A stretch of 64,000 nucleotides of DNA from Waterburya sp. (GCA_965217895.1 CBDCJV010000002.1:704001-768000); one strand, 5' to 3'. Positions 21,321 to 32,877 are shown, counted from the first letter of the stretch. Notes: a model not told the origin generated them from the sequence alone. A program made the numbers and translations.

Positions 21321-21896
21321 ATGGCAGTAAATCTTAGTAAAGGACAGCGTATATCTTTAGAAAAAGTCGCCCCAGGCTTAAGCGAAGTTTTTGTGGGTTT
21401 GGGTTGGGATACTAATATTACCGACACGGGAAATGACTTTGATATTGATGCGTCAGTTTTTTTGGTAAACAGTAATGAAAAATTAATTTCTGATAGTCAC
21501 TTTATTTTTTATAACAATCTTGTTAGTCCTGATGCAAATAAGTCTGTAGAGCATTTAGGAGATAACCGAACAGGTGCAGGAGAAGGAGACGATGAAGTAG
21601 TCAAAGTTAAACTTAAGCAAGTTCCTGAAGACGTGAATAAAATCGTGATGACCGTCACGATTCACGAAGCCGAAAAGCGTCAACAGAATTTTGGTCAAGT
21701 ACAAAATGCTTTTGTAAGAGTTGTAAATGCAGAAAATAAAGAAGAAGTGATACGTTATGACCTCTCAGAAGATTTTTCTGTGGAAACTGCCCTGATTATG
21801 GCAGAACTTTATCGCAAGGATGGTGAATGGCGCATTAATGCTGTAGGTGCTGGTTATCAGGGTGGTTTAGAAGCATTGCTAAATCGTTATCAATAA
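21321..21896 (+). CDS. TerD family stress protein
   Basis: Same motifs; close paralogue of 20632-21210. Confidence 0.93.
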   Translation: MAVNLSKGQRISLEKVAPGLSEVFVGLGWDTNITDTGNDFDIDASVFLVNSNEKLISDSHFIFYNNLVSPDANKSVEHLGDNRTGAGEGDDEVVKVKLKQVPEDVNKIVMTVTIHEAEKRQQNFGQVQNAFVRVVNAENKEEVIRYDLSEDFSVETALIMAELYRKDGEWRINAVGAGYQGGLEALLNRYQ

Positions 21897-21928
21897 ATAA
21901 TTAAAAACTCACAATTAATAATTAAATA

Positions 21929-22519
21929 ATGGCAATCAATCTTACAAAAGGACAACGTATTTCTCTTACTAAAGAAGATCCTAGTCTCAAACAAATGATG
22001 TGTGGTCTTGGTTGGGATGTTGCGCCAAAATCTGGCGGTTTCTTTGGAGGGAATAAACAATTCGATCTTGATTCTTCGGTACTTTGCTTAGATGCAGATA
22101 AGAAGTTGAGCGATGTTAAAAATATAGTTTACTTTGGTAATTTAAGACATAGCTCTAGCGCGATCGCCCACCAGGGAGACAACTTAACTGGTGCAGGAGA
22201 AGGAGACGACGAAGTGATTAACATCGATTTACCTTTAATTCCTTCCAGCATTGCTTATTTAGTATTCGCCATCAACATCTATAAATGCGAACAGCGCAAG
22301 CAAGATTTTGGTATGGTAGACAATGCCTTTGTGCGTTTAGTCAACCGCCAAAGTAATCAAGAATTAGCTCGCTATAACCTTTCTGGTGCAGAATATCAAG
22401 GCATGACGGGAATGATTCTCGCCGAAGTCTATCGTAAAGATGAAGAGTGGAAAATGGCAGCAGTGGGCAACGGGTTTAAGGTATCTACTTTAGCCGACAT
22501 TGCTAAAATTTATACTTAA
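21929..22519 (+). CDS. TerD/TerZ family stress protein
   Basis: GLGWD, FDLDSS, VYFGNL, GDNLTGAGEGDDE. Confidence 0.9.
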   Translation: MAINLTKGQRISLTKEDPSLKQMMCGLGWDVAPKSGGFFGGNKQFDLDSSVLCLDADKKLSDVKNIVYFGNLRHSSSAIAHQGDNLTGAGEGDDEVINIDLPLIPSSIAYLVFAINIYKCEQRKQDFGMVDNAFVRLVNRQSNQELARYNLSGAEYQGMTGMILAEVYRKDEEWKMAAVGNGFKVSTLADIAKIYT

Positions 22520-22663
22520 ATTGGTATTAGTGGCGATCGCTTTACAACAAAATACGCTCTGCGATTGTCTCATCAAAACAATCATAGTAGATTTTTGTCG
22601 GGTCAAGGAGATGGAGTAGTGAAGATGGAGAAGAGTATAAACTCCACCACTCCACTACTCCAA

Positions 22664-23578
22664 TTACTGCACAAAAACTATTTTCGGTTTAATTTTTAAT
22701 ACGTCGTTGCGTTCGATTAAAATACTAACTCCCAAAAAAGTATCTGTTGCTGAATAAATAATTATGTAACTATCTCTATCTAATAACGATATTTCTTTGC
22801 TACTTGCTGTAGCTTGACTTAGATCTACTAACTGCCCTTGACAAAAGAATTTTGAATCCTCATTCAGGGTTACAGAATCTAAATGAGCAAGTAGCAAACT
22901 AGGTTCAATCAAACTAAAAGTTTTTTGTTGCAGTTGGCTTTCTATCTCTTCAAAGGTAATACTGTTATCTAGCTGCATCCCACAGCTTTGAGTGCGGATA
23001 AGATTTGCTAAAGTACCACCTACGCCTAAATTTTTGCCCAAATCTCGCGCGATCGCTCTAATATAAGTACCAGGACTACAGTTAATATCTATTTCTAGTT
23101 CGTAAAATTGATCGTGGTAAATATTTAGTAATTCAATTTTGCTAACCGTTACTTTCCTAGATTCAATTTCAATCTCTTCTCCTTTCCTTGCCAATTCATA
23201 AAGCTTTTTGCCGTTTTTTTTAATCGCGCTATAAATTGGTGGCACTTGTTCAATTGTGCCAACAAAACTATTTAAGCAAGAGACAATCTGCGATCGATCT
23301 AGATTTACTTGCTCGACGCTTTGAATTACTTCTCCTTCTAAATCATCGGTAGTTGTCGTTATCCCTAGACGAATCTTAGCGCGATAGGCTTTTGCTGGAG
23401 GTAAAAACTGAAGTAGTCTAGTAGCTTTGCCTACTGCTACGGGCAATACCCCAGTTGCAGCAGGATCTAAAGTTCCACCATGACCGATTTTTTTAGTGTT
23501 TAATAACTTTCTTAGTTTGGCAACGCAATCATGGGAAGTAAAGCCAGCAGGCTTATGCAAATTTATAAAACCAAACAT
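22664..23578 (-). CDS. truB: tRNA pseudouridine(55) synthase
   Basis: KIGHGGTLDPAATGVL, QVPPIYSAIK, GTYIRAIARD. Confidence 0.95.
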   Translation of the reverse strand: MFGFINLHKPAGFTSHDCVAKLRKLLNTKKIGHGGTLDPAATGVLPVAVGKATRLLQFLPPAKAYRAKIRLGITTTTDDLEGEVIQSVEQVNLDRSQIVSCLNSFVGTIEQVPPIYSAIKKNGKKLYELARKGEEIEIESRKVTVSKIELLNIYHDQFYELEIDINCSPGTYIRAIARDLGKNLGVGGTLANLIRTQSCGMQLDNSITFEEIESQLQQKTFSLIEPSLLLAHLDSVTLNEDSKFFCQGQLVDLSQATASSKEISLLDRDSYIIIYSATDTFLGVSILIERNDVLKIKPKIVFVQ

Positions 23579-23607
23579 TTAAACTAAAGCTCTTATTGAT
23601 TAAAAGG

Positions 23608-24414
23608 TTATTTTCTTAGGTCGATGCCCATTCCTTCTCGGCGTACTCTTAAATCGTAATAAATTACGGCTTTAACCGATTGCCATAGAGGAAGTATAAA
23701 AGCACTAGCTCCTAAAATAAAAACAATGTAGAATAAATACCCAATTCCTGCTAAAGCAGAATTATTGTCTAGTGCAGTACCAATGATTAGCTGTAAAATT
23801 ACGCTCAGTATATTAATCCCAATGCCGATTGGCAGACTAATCAGAAAAACCAAAAACACAATAATTTGAATTCGCCCTACAGAGCCTTTGGTTAATTGCC
23901 AAGCTCTCTTGATTGTATTAGTAACATTAGCATTTTTTTCTATTGCCAAAGGTAGCTCAACTAAAAATAGTTTAGAAAAAAGCCAAATGATGCCAAGAAT
24001 AAATAACAAAATAGCAGCTACTATCACTAAACTAATAACAACTGTTCCTAAGACTCCAAAAGAACTTTTGTTAAACAAAGCTCCTGCAATTCCCAAGGCA
24101 ATAACCATAATCAAAGTATAAAAAATGGTTGCCCCAAACAAAATAAGACCGACTAGAATTCCCGCGATCAAGAAGCTCCACATCCTAGGATTAACATAGC
24201 GTTGAGCATCTCTAACTGTTTCTGGTTGTTCGGCAACTTCTTTAAATGCTAGACGAGAAATAATTCCCGTCATGGCTGAAAATTTTGCCCAGCCATAAAT
24301 AGGCACCAAGATCCATAAGTAGCCAAAAAACGCTAACTTGAAATACTTTTTAAAATTATCTCGATAGATACGCAAACCTGCACTAACTACATTACCAACG
24401 CTTAAAGGCTTCAT
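23608..24414 (-). CDS. Conserved multi-pass membrane protein
   Basis: PLSVGNVVSAG…WQLTKG…KAVIYYDLRVRREG, typical of a cyanobacterial membrane family. Confidence 0.75.
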   Translation of the reverse strand: MKPLSVGNVVSAGLRIYRDNFKKYFKLAFFGYLWILVPIYGWAKFSAMTGIISRLAFKEVAEQPETVRDAQRYVNPRMWSFLIAGILVGLILFGATIFYTLIMVIALGIAGALFNKSSFGVLGTVVISLVIVAAILLFILGIIWLFSKLFLVELPLAIEKNANVTNTIKRAWQLTKGSVGRIQIIVFLVFLISLPIGIGINILSVILQLIIGTALDNNSALAGIGYLFYIVFILGASAFILPLWQSVKAVIYYDLRVRREGMGIDLRK

Positions 24415-24552
24415 AATTTATAATTCACTCCTAGAGATTGTTTAATAGTGTCGCTACACTCTCAACTTATTTAGTTAGCAACACTACTAATTTCTATTTT
24501 TCCCTGAAAGGCAGAATTAATCACTGTGGTTGTTATGCTTCAAATTGCTACT

Positions 24553-24720
24553 TATACCAACTCTCTATGATAATGCACTAGATAAAATCTACCCCCTTAG
24601 CGTCTGTCTTGGTGCGCGTTCCCTTGCGCCTTACGTCGACGCGGGGTCGCACCGCTTTGCGTCTTTGCGAGAGTTTTAAGCTCAAATACTTAAGTGCAAC
24701 TTCAAGGAGAAATGGTATTA
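24553..24720. mobile_element. MITE-like element with imperfect ~27-bp terminal inverted repeats
   Basis: tataccaactctctatgataatgcact vs reverse complement of agtgcaacttcaaggagaaatggtatta; GC-rich palindromic interior. Confidence 0.65.
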
Positions 24721-24847
24721 CATCAAATTAAACAGAATAAAAATCTTAAAGCAACGATTCTCAACGATTTTGTTGGCGGAAGATTGCTTATGATATTTTA
24801 AGACAGTCTTGATTACTGCGGTTATCTACAAAGAAAAATAAAGCAAT

Positions 24848-26269
24848 ATGGCACGTAGCTCCTTACAGTTAAATAGTGAATGGATACCAAAAGTAGAGGA
24901 ATCTTTAGCCACCAAGCAATTAACGCAGCGAACAATTGCCGATCGCTTGAATATATCCCGTTCATCAGTCTCCAAATTTATTAATTGTAAACCGATCGCT
25001 CTAAATACTTTTATTCGTCTCTGCCAAGAATTAAATCTTGATTGGAATGGTGCGTCTCAACCAGAAAGAGAATGGAACGACCAAATTGAAAGTTTTAAGT
25101 TTAAAAATGAAGATTTTAAAGTAAATCCAGGAGGACAAATATCTCCAGAAGAGATAGTCGGTAGAGAAGAACTAATCGCCAGTCTTTGGGATAGATTAAG
25201 TCAACAAAGCCTTATTTTCAGTGGTGAGAGGCGGATCGGCAAGAGCAGCATCCTCAAAAAAATGACCGCCGAAGCACCTCCAAATATGCTGCCTATCTAT
25301 CGCGATTTAGAAGGAATTAGAACGCCAATTGAATTTGTCGAGGCGGTTTGGCAAGATACGGAAACTTACCTTAGAGAAGCTGGCAAAGCTAGACGAGTTA
25401 GAGAGTTTATTAGTGAACTAGCTGGTACTTACTTTAGCGGTTATCAGTTTCCTGATGTAGCAGCGGCACATTGGAAAACTTTGTTGACTAAAACAATTGA
25501 AGATTTAGTAACCCTGCAAAACAAACAGGTAATCTTTATTTGGGATGAGATGTCGCATTTATTAGGCAACTTTAGTGACGATGCAGCCATGGAAACCTTA
25601 GATGTTTTGCGATCGCTCCGCCAGACTTATCCCGATATCCGCATGATATTTTCTGGCTCAATTGGTTTACATCACATCATTAAAAACTTACAGAAAGCAG
25701 GCTATAGCAACGATCCAACTAATGATATGTATCCTATCGATGGTCAACCACTATCTTTAGAAGCTGCAACTCAACTAGCTATTAATCTACTTGCAGGAGA
25801 AGATATAGCCGTCGATCACCCTCAAGAAATAGCTGAGGAAATTGCTCTAGCAGTGGACTGCATTCCCTTTTATATCCATCACCTAGTCAATCAGCTTAAA
25901 GATATTGAAGGAGAAATTACCTCAGAAGATATTAGTAATACCGTAGTTGAATGCTTGCGTAATCCTCTCAACCTTTGGAAGTTGGATCATTACCGCGAGC
26001 GAATTGATAATTACTACAGCGACGATCGACAACCCTATGCTTTAGAAATTTTGGATATTTTATCAATTAATCCGCCCACTCCTTTTTCAAGACTATGGCA
26101 GTATCTTAAAACCGAACCAGATACTAAGGATAAAGAAACCGCTAGAAATGTCTTAAGGCTGTTAATGAAAGATTACTATGTGGTGCAAGAAGATAATTTA
26201 TCTGGTAGTACCTATACCTTTCGTTATCAACTGGTGCAAAGATACTGGCAGCTTTCTAGAGGCTTGTAA
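24848..26269 (+). CDS. XRE-type HTH fused to a P-loop (AAA/STAND-like) ATPase
   Basis: HTH (TQRTIADRLNISRSSVSKF), Walker A GERRIGKS, Walker B FIWDE, FSGS sensor, C-terminal winged-helix-like region. Confidence 0.75.
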   Translation: MARSSLQLNSEWIPKVEESLATKQLTQRTIADRLNISRSSVSKFINCKPIALNTFIRLCQELNLDWNGASQPEREWNDQIESFKFKNEDFKVNPGGQISPEEIVGREELIASLWDRLSQQSLIFSGERRIGKSSILKKMTAEAPPNMLPIYRDLEGIRTPIEFVEAVWQDTETYLREAGKARRVREFISELAGTYFSGYQFPDVAAAHWKTLLTKTIEDLVTLQNKQVIFIWDEMSHLLGNFSDDAAMETLDVLRSLRQTYPDIRMIFSGSIGLHHIIKNLQKAGYSNDPTNDMYPIDGQPLSLEAATQLAINLLAGEDIAVDHPQEIAEEIALAVDCIPFYIHHLVNQLKDIEGEITSEDISNTVVECLRNPLNLWKLDHYRERIDNYYSDDRQPYALEILDILSINPPTPFSRLWQYLKTEPDTKDKETARNVLRLLMKDYYVVQEDNLSGSTYTFRYQLVQRYWQLSRGL

Positions 26270-27651
26270 TGAGTAAATTTTTTATAAATAAATCCTTAGC
26301 CACAACTTTAAAACAAAGACGAGTTAAATTAGGGCAACTGATTCAACATCCAGTTATTTTGTGGTCTGGTAGTTCTATCAGCCGCAATTTTTCTGCTAAT
26401 AAGTTTCCTTTTCGCGCCAGTAGCCACTTTTTGTATTTTGCGGGATTACCCTTAGCTGATGCTGCTATCCGTCTAGAAGGTGGCAAACTAGAGTTATTTA
26501 TGGATAATAATTCACCTTCTCAAGCAATCTGGCATGGCGCAACTCCGCAACCAGAAGAAATCGGCGCAATGATTGGTGCAGATTTAGTTTATCCCTTGGC
26601 TGAATTAGCCAAAAAAACAGAAGGTGCTGCAACTATAGCCGTACAGGAGCAAATTACCTACCAGCAGCAGTGTAAACTATTAAATCGTCCCTTAGCATTA
26701 TCCGATCGCGCTTCAGGAATAGATTTAGAATTAGCACAAGCCATAGTCAAATTGCGATCGCATCACGATGATTTGGCATTACAAGAATTACGATACTCTG
26801 CTGCGGTATCAGTCCAAGCACATAAAGCAGGAATGCAGGCCACTAGACATTCTTCTACTGAGGCAGAGATACGAGGGGCAATAGAAGGAGTAATTATTGC
26901 CCACAATATGAGTTGTGCTTACAACAGCATTGTTACCGTGCATGGAGAAGTTTTACATAACGAGTCCTATCACAATAAGCTACAGACTGGAGATCTGATC
27001 TTAGCCGATGTCGGTGCAGAAACTTCTAACGGCTGGGCAGCAGATATTACCCGTACCTGGGCAGTGTCAGGCAAGTTTTCTAGTACGCAAAAAGATATTT
27101 ATGAAATAGTTTTAGAGGCACACGATCGCTGTATTGCTAAAATATGCCCTGGTGTGGAGTATCAGGATATTCATTTACTAGCTGCCCAAATAATTGCCGA
27201 AGGTTTAGTAAGTTTGGGCATTTTTAAAGGCAATCCTCAAGATTTAGTAGATATGGATGCCCATGCTCTATTTTTCCCCCACGGTGTCGGACATTTACTT
27301 GGTCTAGATGTTCATGATATGGAAGACTTAGGAGACTTGGCGGGATATGCAGCAGAAAGAAAGAGGAGCGATCGCTTTGGATTAGGATATCTTAGATTAA
27401 ATCGCCCTTTAGAGTCAGGAATGTTAGTCACGATTGAACCAGGTTTTTATCAAGTTCCTGCTATTTTGAACAACGCCGATTTTCGTGATAAATATCAAGA
27501 TGTAGTTGACTGGGAACGTTTGACACAGTTTAGTGATGTCAGAGGTATCCGCATTGAAGATGATGTTTTAGTAACTGATTTGGGTACAGAAGTTCTAACT
27601 GCGAAGTTGCCAACTAAGGTAGAAGATATAGAAGCTTTAGTATCGAGTTAG
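26269..27651 (+). CDS. pepP: Xaa-Pro aminopeptidase (aminopeptidase P family)
   Basis: ADITRT, HGVGHLLGLDVHD, TIEPG, GIRIEDD. Confidence 0.88.
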   Translation: MSKFFINKSLATTLKQRRVKLGQLIQHPVILWSGSSISRNFSANKFPFRASSHFLYFAGLPLADAAIRLEGGKLELFMDNNSPSQAIWHGATPQPEEIGAMIGADLVYPLAELAKKTEGAATIAVQEQITYQQQCKLLNRPLALSDRASGIDLELAQAIVKLRSHHDDLALQELRYSAAVSVQAHKAGMQATRHSSTEAEIRGAIEGVIIAHNMSCAYNSIVTVHGEVLHNESYHNKLQTGDLILADVGAETSNGWAADITRTWAVSGKFSSTQKDIYEIVLEAHDRCIAKICPGVEYQDIHLLAAQIIAEGLVSLGIFKGNPQDLVDMDAHALFFPHGVGHLLGLDVHDMEDLGDLAGYAAERKRSDRFGLGYLRLNRPLESGMLVTIEPGFYQVPAILNNADFRDKYQDVVDWERLTQFSDVRGIRIEDDVLVTDLGTEVLTAKLPTKVEDIEALVSS

Positions 27652-27729
27652 AAATAGTAATAAATGCCATATATAAGTAGGTGGGTGAAATTAATTAGAA
27701 GATAGTCTTCGTAAAAAGTAAAAAGTAAA

Positions 27730-29444
27730 ATTAACCAGCGACTTAGTGAAATACTGGGCTACTCTCGCGATCGCCTGAGTTCGCTTAGTTTGCAGGAAAT
27801 CACCTATGCCGATGATTTAACCGCCGATCTTCAATATGTCCAGCAGATGCTAAGTGGAGAGATTGCGACATATTCCCTGGAAAAACGCTACTTACAGCAA
27901 AATAGTGCAATTATTTGGGTTAATATTACCGTTTCTCTGGTCAAAAACGGCTCAGGTGAACCACAATACTTTATTTGCGTTATTGAAGATATAAGCGATC
28001 GCAAACAAACAGAAATAAATTACAGCAAGCAAGTCAAGCTAAAGACTCTTTTATCGCTCACATGAGTCATGAATTAAGAACCCCTTTGAATAGCATCTTG
28101 GGCTTTAGCAGTATCTTACAAAAAGAAGCTAATTTAAACGAGGAACAGCTAAACGGAATTGATATTGTTTATCAATCTGGTCAATACTTGCTCACTTTAA
28201 TTAACGATATTCTGGATTTTTCTAAGATAGAAGCAGGTCAAATGCAGCTAGAGGAGCATGAGTTTAATTTAATTGAATTTTTGTCAAATCTAGCCAGAAT
28301 TTTTCGCTTTCGCGCTCAAGAGAAAGGCTTAGAATTGATCTATCAGAGTTCTCATTCTCTACCTACTATAGTCAAAGCCGATGAAACACGTCTGCGACAG
28401 GTATTATTGAATTTGCTGAGTAATGCGGTTAAATTTACCAACACTGGTAGCGTTACTTTATCAGTCAAGCCTTTAGAAGACAGTGCCTATTTTTCGCAAT
28501 CGCAACAAAATTCCCAACCCTACTGCTACAAAATTCGTTTTGAGGTCAAAGATACTGGCAAAGGTATTCCCTCACAAGAATTAGCAAAGATATTTGTTCC
28601 TTTTCAGCAGTTAGAAAGTAAAAACACCCAAGAAGGTACTGGTTTAGGCTTAAGTATTAGTCAGGATCTTGTTCGGCTGATGAATAGCAATATTGAGATC
28701 GAGAGCGTTGTTGGTCAAGGCAGTATCTTTTCTTTCGATTTAGAACTAGCAGTACTAACAACCGACTCGACTAAATTATCTTCATCAACTATTCCTCAAT
28801 CTCAGCAAATTGATTTTAACGGCAAACCCCGTAAAGTCTTAGTGGTAGATGAGAATGATGACAATCGGTTTCTACTAGTTAGTTATCTTCACCCTCTAGG
28901 TTTTAGCCTCGAAACAGCCAAAAATGCGAAAGAAGGACTGCTCATAGCTCAAGAATTGAAACCCGATGTAATTATTTTAGATTCAGCAACCCTAGTCATG
29001 AATGTCAAAGGCGCGATCGCCCAAATTAGACAGCAGCCTAAACTCCAGGATGTCATCATTTTGGTTATCTCTCTTAATGGCGAGGCGGATTTTGAGACTG
29101 AAGCAATAGACTGTAATGTTTTTTTAGCTAAACCATTAGATTTAGAAAAACTCTTAGAACTGTTAAAAACTAATTTGCAACTAGACTGGATTGTCCCTGA
29201 AGCTACCGCTTTTAGCGATCGCCTATCTACCTTTGTCACTCCTCCCGAATCTGAATTAGTCGAGTTATTAAAGTTAGTGCGATCGGGAAATATTGAGGCA
29301 ATCGAATCAAAAATAAAGTTCTTAGAAGAAGAAGATTCTCAATATAATCTTTTTATTCGAGAAGCCCAACAAATAACCGCTAAATTTCAGCTAGATAAGT
29401 TAGTTGGTTTTATTGAAAAGCTTTTAGCCAAGAATTTGAACTGA
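27730..29444 (+). pseudogene. PAS-domain hybrid histidine kinase, 5'-truncated and frameshifted
   Basis: PAS/PAC frame (INQRLSEILGYS…EDISDRKQTE) shifts at ~28011-28020 into the LQQASQAKDSFIAHMSHELRTPL kinase frame; no ATG for the PAS part; receiver domain degenerate. Confidence 0.75.
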
Positions 29445-29452
29445 ATAATACT

Positions 29453-29470
29453 TAGGGCGCATCATCAATT
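29453..29470. mobile_element. Solo MITE end related to the 51066-51230 element
   Basis: tagggcgcatcatcaatt vs tagggcgtgtcatcaatt. Confidence 0.5.
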
Positions 29471-29655
29471 AATTATGCTCTAATTTTCAGCAAATTCACA
29501 TATTAAAAAACATATAATAATTTAACATTAAGTAGTAGCCACAATAAATTAGTTAAAGCTGCATATTTTTATCTTGAAAGATAAGTAGTTAAACTCAGGG
29601 GGTATCATAATTATCCGAGCTAAATTACATATATAGCAAATAAATATTTAAATAT

Positions 29656-31974
29656 ATGGCTCTATCAGTAAATATTAAATCTAAAAAAAAGATTTTAATA
29701 GTTGACGACACACCAAATAATTTACAATTACTATTTAAATATGTTAAAAAATCTGGTTATCAAGTTTTAGTAACTCAAAATGGCAAAAATGCCATAGAAA
29801 TAGCCAAAAACGATATTTCAGACTTAATTTTATTAGACGTTATGATGTCTGGAATTGATGGATTTAAAGTTTGCAGCCAGTTAAAAGCTAATAGTCTCAC
29901 CAAAAATAGTCCGATTATTTTTATGCCAGCCCTGACTCAAACAGCAAACAAAGTCAAAGGTTTAGAGTTAGGAGCAGTAGATTATATAACTAAACCAATT
30001 GAGCAAGAAGAATTACTAGCACGCCTTGATACTCACCTCACTCTTCAAAGTCTTAACCAAAATTTGACCTTAGAAGCTCGACAACAAAAATTATTATTTG
30101 AAATTAGCGATCGCATTCGTCAATCTTTAGATTTAAAATTAATTTTTCAAACTGCAACCGATGAGATACGCTCTTTTTTACAATGCGATCGTGTTTCTTT
30201 AGCGCGGTTAGATCGACTAGATCGACAAAATGTTCATTTTGGATTTGAATCAATTGCACCTAATATAAACGTAAAATTGCCGAAGAAAATAGCTGTCGAT
30301 TATCTTTGTCAAAATCAAGCTGAATATAGGCATTTTCAACAAGGAAAAATTTTGGCAATTGACAATGTTGCTAATTTTAAGTCAAAGGTTCAAAGGAATA
30401 AACTACTGACTCAACTTCAGGTTAAAGCCCAACTAATCGTACCTATCTTATTGAAAATAAATCAAAAAATCGTTAACGATTCAAATTCTCTCTGGGGATG
30501 GATAATTGCCGATAAATGCGAGCCAAACACTACTTTAGAAGCTGAATATTGCCGAAAATGGCATAAACAAGAAATAGATCTCCTCAGATTATTAGCGAAT
30601 CAATTATCTATTGCTATTCAACAAGGATCGCTACACGAACAATTGCATAAAAGCAATCAGAAATTAAAACAGCTTGCTCTTTGCGATCCTTTGACTCAAG
30701 TTTTCAATCGTCGTTATTTTGATCGGCAGCTTAATTTAGAATGGCGCAGATTAAGGCGGATACCTTCGCCCTTGTCATTAATTATGTGTGATGTTGACTG
30801 TTTCAAAATCTATAACGATACTTACGGTCATCAAAAAGGAGATGAATGTCTGCGTCAGATAGCAAATGCTATCTCCTTAGTCACCAAAAGACCTGCCGAT
30901 ATCGTCGCTCGTTATGGTGGTGAAGAATTTGTGATCGTTCTTCCTTACACTCCTTTAGCAGGAGCAATTCAAGTTGCAAAAGCAGTGAGAGTGAAAGTCA
31001 AAGAATTGAATCTCCCTCATCTCAATTCCTCTGTCGATTCTGTAGTCACAGTTAGTGCAGGAGTAGCTAGCACTACTCCTAACAGAGAAGATAATCCCGC
31101 CCTCTTGGTTGAAGCAGCAGATCAAGCACTTTACTTAGCTAAAAATCGGGGTCGAGACTGTATTGCTGTTTATTAGCATGACATCTCCCAGTCTAAATTA
31201 CAGCAAAACGAAGATATCATCTGGAACAAACGTATTCGTAAAGCTTTAAAAAATAACCTTTTTAGTCTCTATGCCCAATCAATTACTCCTGTAGGATTAG
31301 ACGACAAAAGAAAGCACTTTGAGATCTTGTTGCGGTTGATAGATACAGGAAACCAAGTTATTTCCCCAAATATTTTTTTAGATGTTGCAAATCGTAATTG
31401 TTTAATGCCTGATATTGATACTTGGGTAATCGATAGCCTGTTTGCCCAGCTTGTCAAAAGCGATCGCTCGACCTGGCAAAATTATCATTTTTCAATTAAT
31501 TTGTCAGGAGCATCCTTGAATAAAGAAGGTTTTTTAAAGTATTTACGGCAAAAAATTAAAGATTCTTATCTTCCCCCAAACCTTTTCTGCTTTGAAATTA
31601 CTGAAACAATAGCTATTTCTGATTTGACTAAAGTATCCCAATTTATCAAATCTCTAAGAGATCTCGGCTGTAGTTTCGCCCTGGATGATTTTGGCAAAGG
31701 AATGTCTTCCTTGACCTATTTAAAAAATCTTCCTGTAGATTATTTAAAAATTGACGGTTCTTTTATTACTGAATTGAATAAGGATAAAGTCTCTAGAGCT
31801 ATGGTAGAAGGAATTAATTATTTAGCCAGTGCGATTGGTCTAAAAACCATCGCCGAATTTGTCGAGACCCAAGTTATCTTTGACATTGTGCGCGATCTAA
31901 AAGTAGATTACGCTCAAGGATATCATTTAGGTCGTCCAGAGGAGTTAACCAAGATTTTAGCAGGCATTTCATAA
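29656..31974 (+). pseudogene. REC-GAF-GGDEF-EAL protein interrupted by an in-frame TAG at 31174-31176
   Basis: Reading stays open and in frame after the TAG (HDISQSKLQQNEDIIWNKRIRKAL…FEILLRL) into the EAL ORF; GGEEF with RxxD I-site; DDFG. Confidence 0.8.
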
Positions 31975-32027
31975 GTAAGTTGGCAAATTGTATAATATTT
32001 TTGCTGTTAACAAACTAGTAGTTAGCA

Positions 32028-32825
32028 ATGCCATTAAACTTTATCTGGAATCCAGAAGACTACGCCAAAAACTCAGACGCGCAATTGAAATGGGCGCAAG
32101 AGTTAAAAAAGAATCTCGATTTACAACAATACAAATCTATCCTTGACGTGGGTTGTGGTGATGGAAAGATTACGGCTGACTTTGCTGCAACCGTGCCACA
32201 AAGCAAAGTGATGGGAACAGATAGCTCTTTTGAGATGATTGCTTATGCTGCTAAGAAATATCCTACCAGTCAATATCCTAATCTTACCTTTGATTGTGTC
32301 GATGCGCGATCGCTCTTATTTAAGCAAGAATTCGATCTCATCTTTTCTAATGCCGTCCTGCACTGGGTAGACAATCATCAAGCATTTCTCAATGGGGCAA
32401 ATTTAGCTTTACGAGATGGTGGAAGGTTGATTATTTCCTGTGGGGGAGAAGGAAATGCTGCTGAGATTTTGCAGGTTTTTGCAGAATTGGTAGCCTCTAA
32501 TAACTGGAGTGCCTACTTTAAAGATTTTCACAATCCTTATTTTTTTCATGGACTTCAAGATTATCAGATCTGGTTGGAAAAATCTGGCTTCGAGATTAAG
32601 CGTCTAGAATTAGTGCCAAAAGACATGACTCACAAAGGAAAAGAAGGTTTAGCAGGATGGATACGTACTGCCTGGATGCCTTTTACCACATGTGTACCAA
32701 AAGATAAGCGTAATGATTTTATTGCTCAGTTTGTAGATTATTTTCTAGCCCAAAATCCTCTAGATTCTCAAGGACTTGCCCATGTTTCAATGGTTAGATT
32801 AGAGGTTGATGCTTACCAAGTCTGA
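32028..32825 (+). CDS. Class I SAM-dependent methyltransferase (trans-aconitate methyltransferase-like)
   Basis: LDVGCGDG, FDLIFSNAVLHWV. Confidence 0.85.
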   Translation: MPLNFIWNPEDYAKNSDAQLKWAQELKKNLDLQQYKSILDVGCGDGKITADFAATVPQSKVMGTDSSFEMIAYAAKKYPTSQYPNLTFDCVDARSLLFKQEFDLIFSNAVLHWVDNHQAFLNGANLALRDGGRLIISCGGEGNAAEILQVFAELVASNNWSAYFKDFHNPYFFHGLQDYQIWLEKSGFEIKRLELVPKDMTHKGKEGLAGWIRTAWMPFTTCVPKDKRNDFIAQFVDYFLAQNPLDSQGLAHVSMVRLEVDAYQV

Positions 32826-32877
32826 ATTTCAGGATATAATCTTATTTTTTGACATCATTAATAGAAAAATTTAGCTT

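Noticed and set aside
31174..31176. Pyrrolysine or genetic-code reassignment of the in-frame TAG
   Set aside because: TAG terminates normal genes here (e.g. cynS, argF), and no pyl genes are seen.
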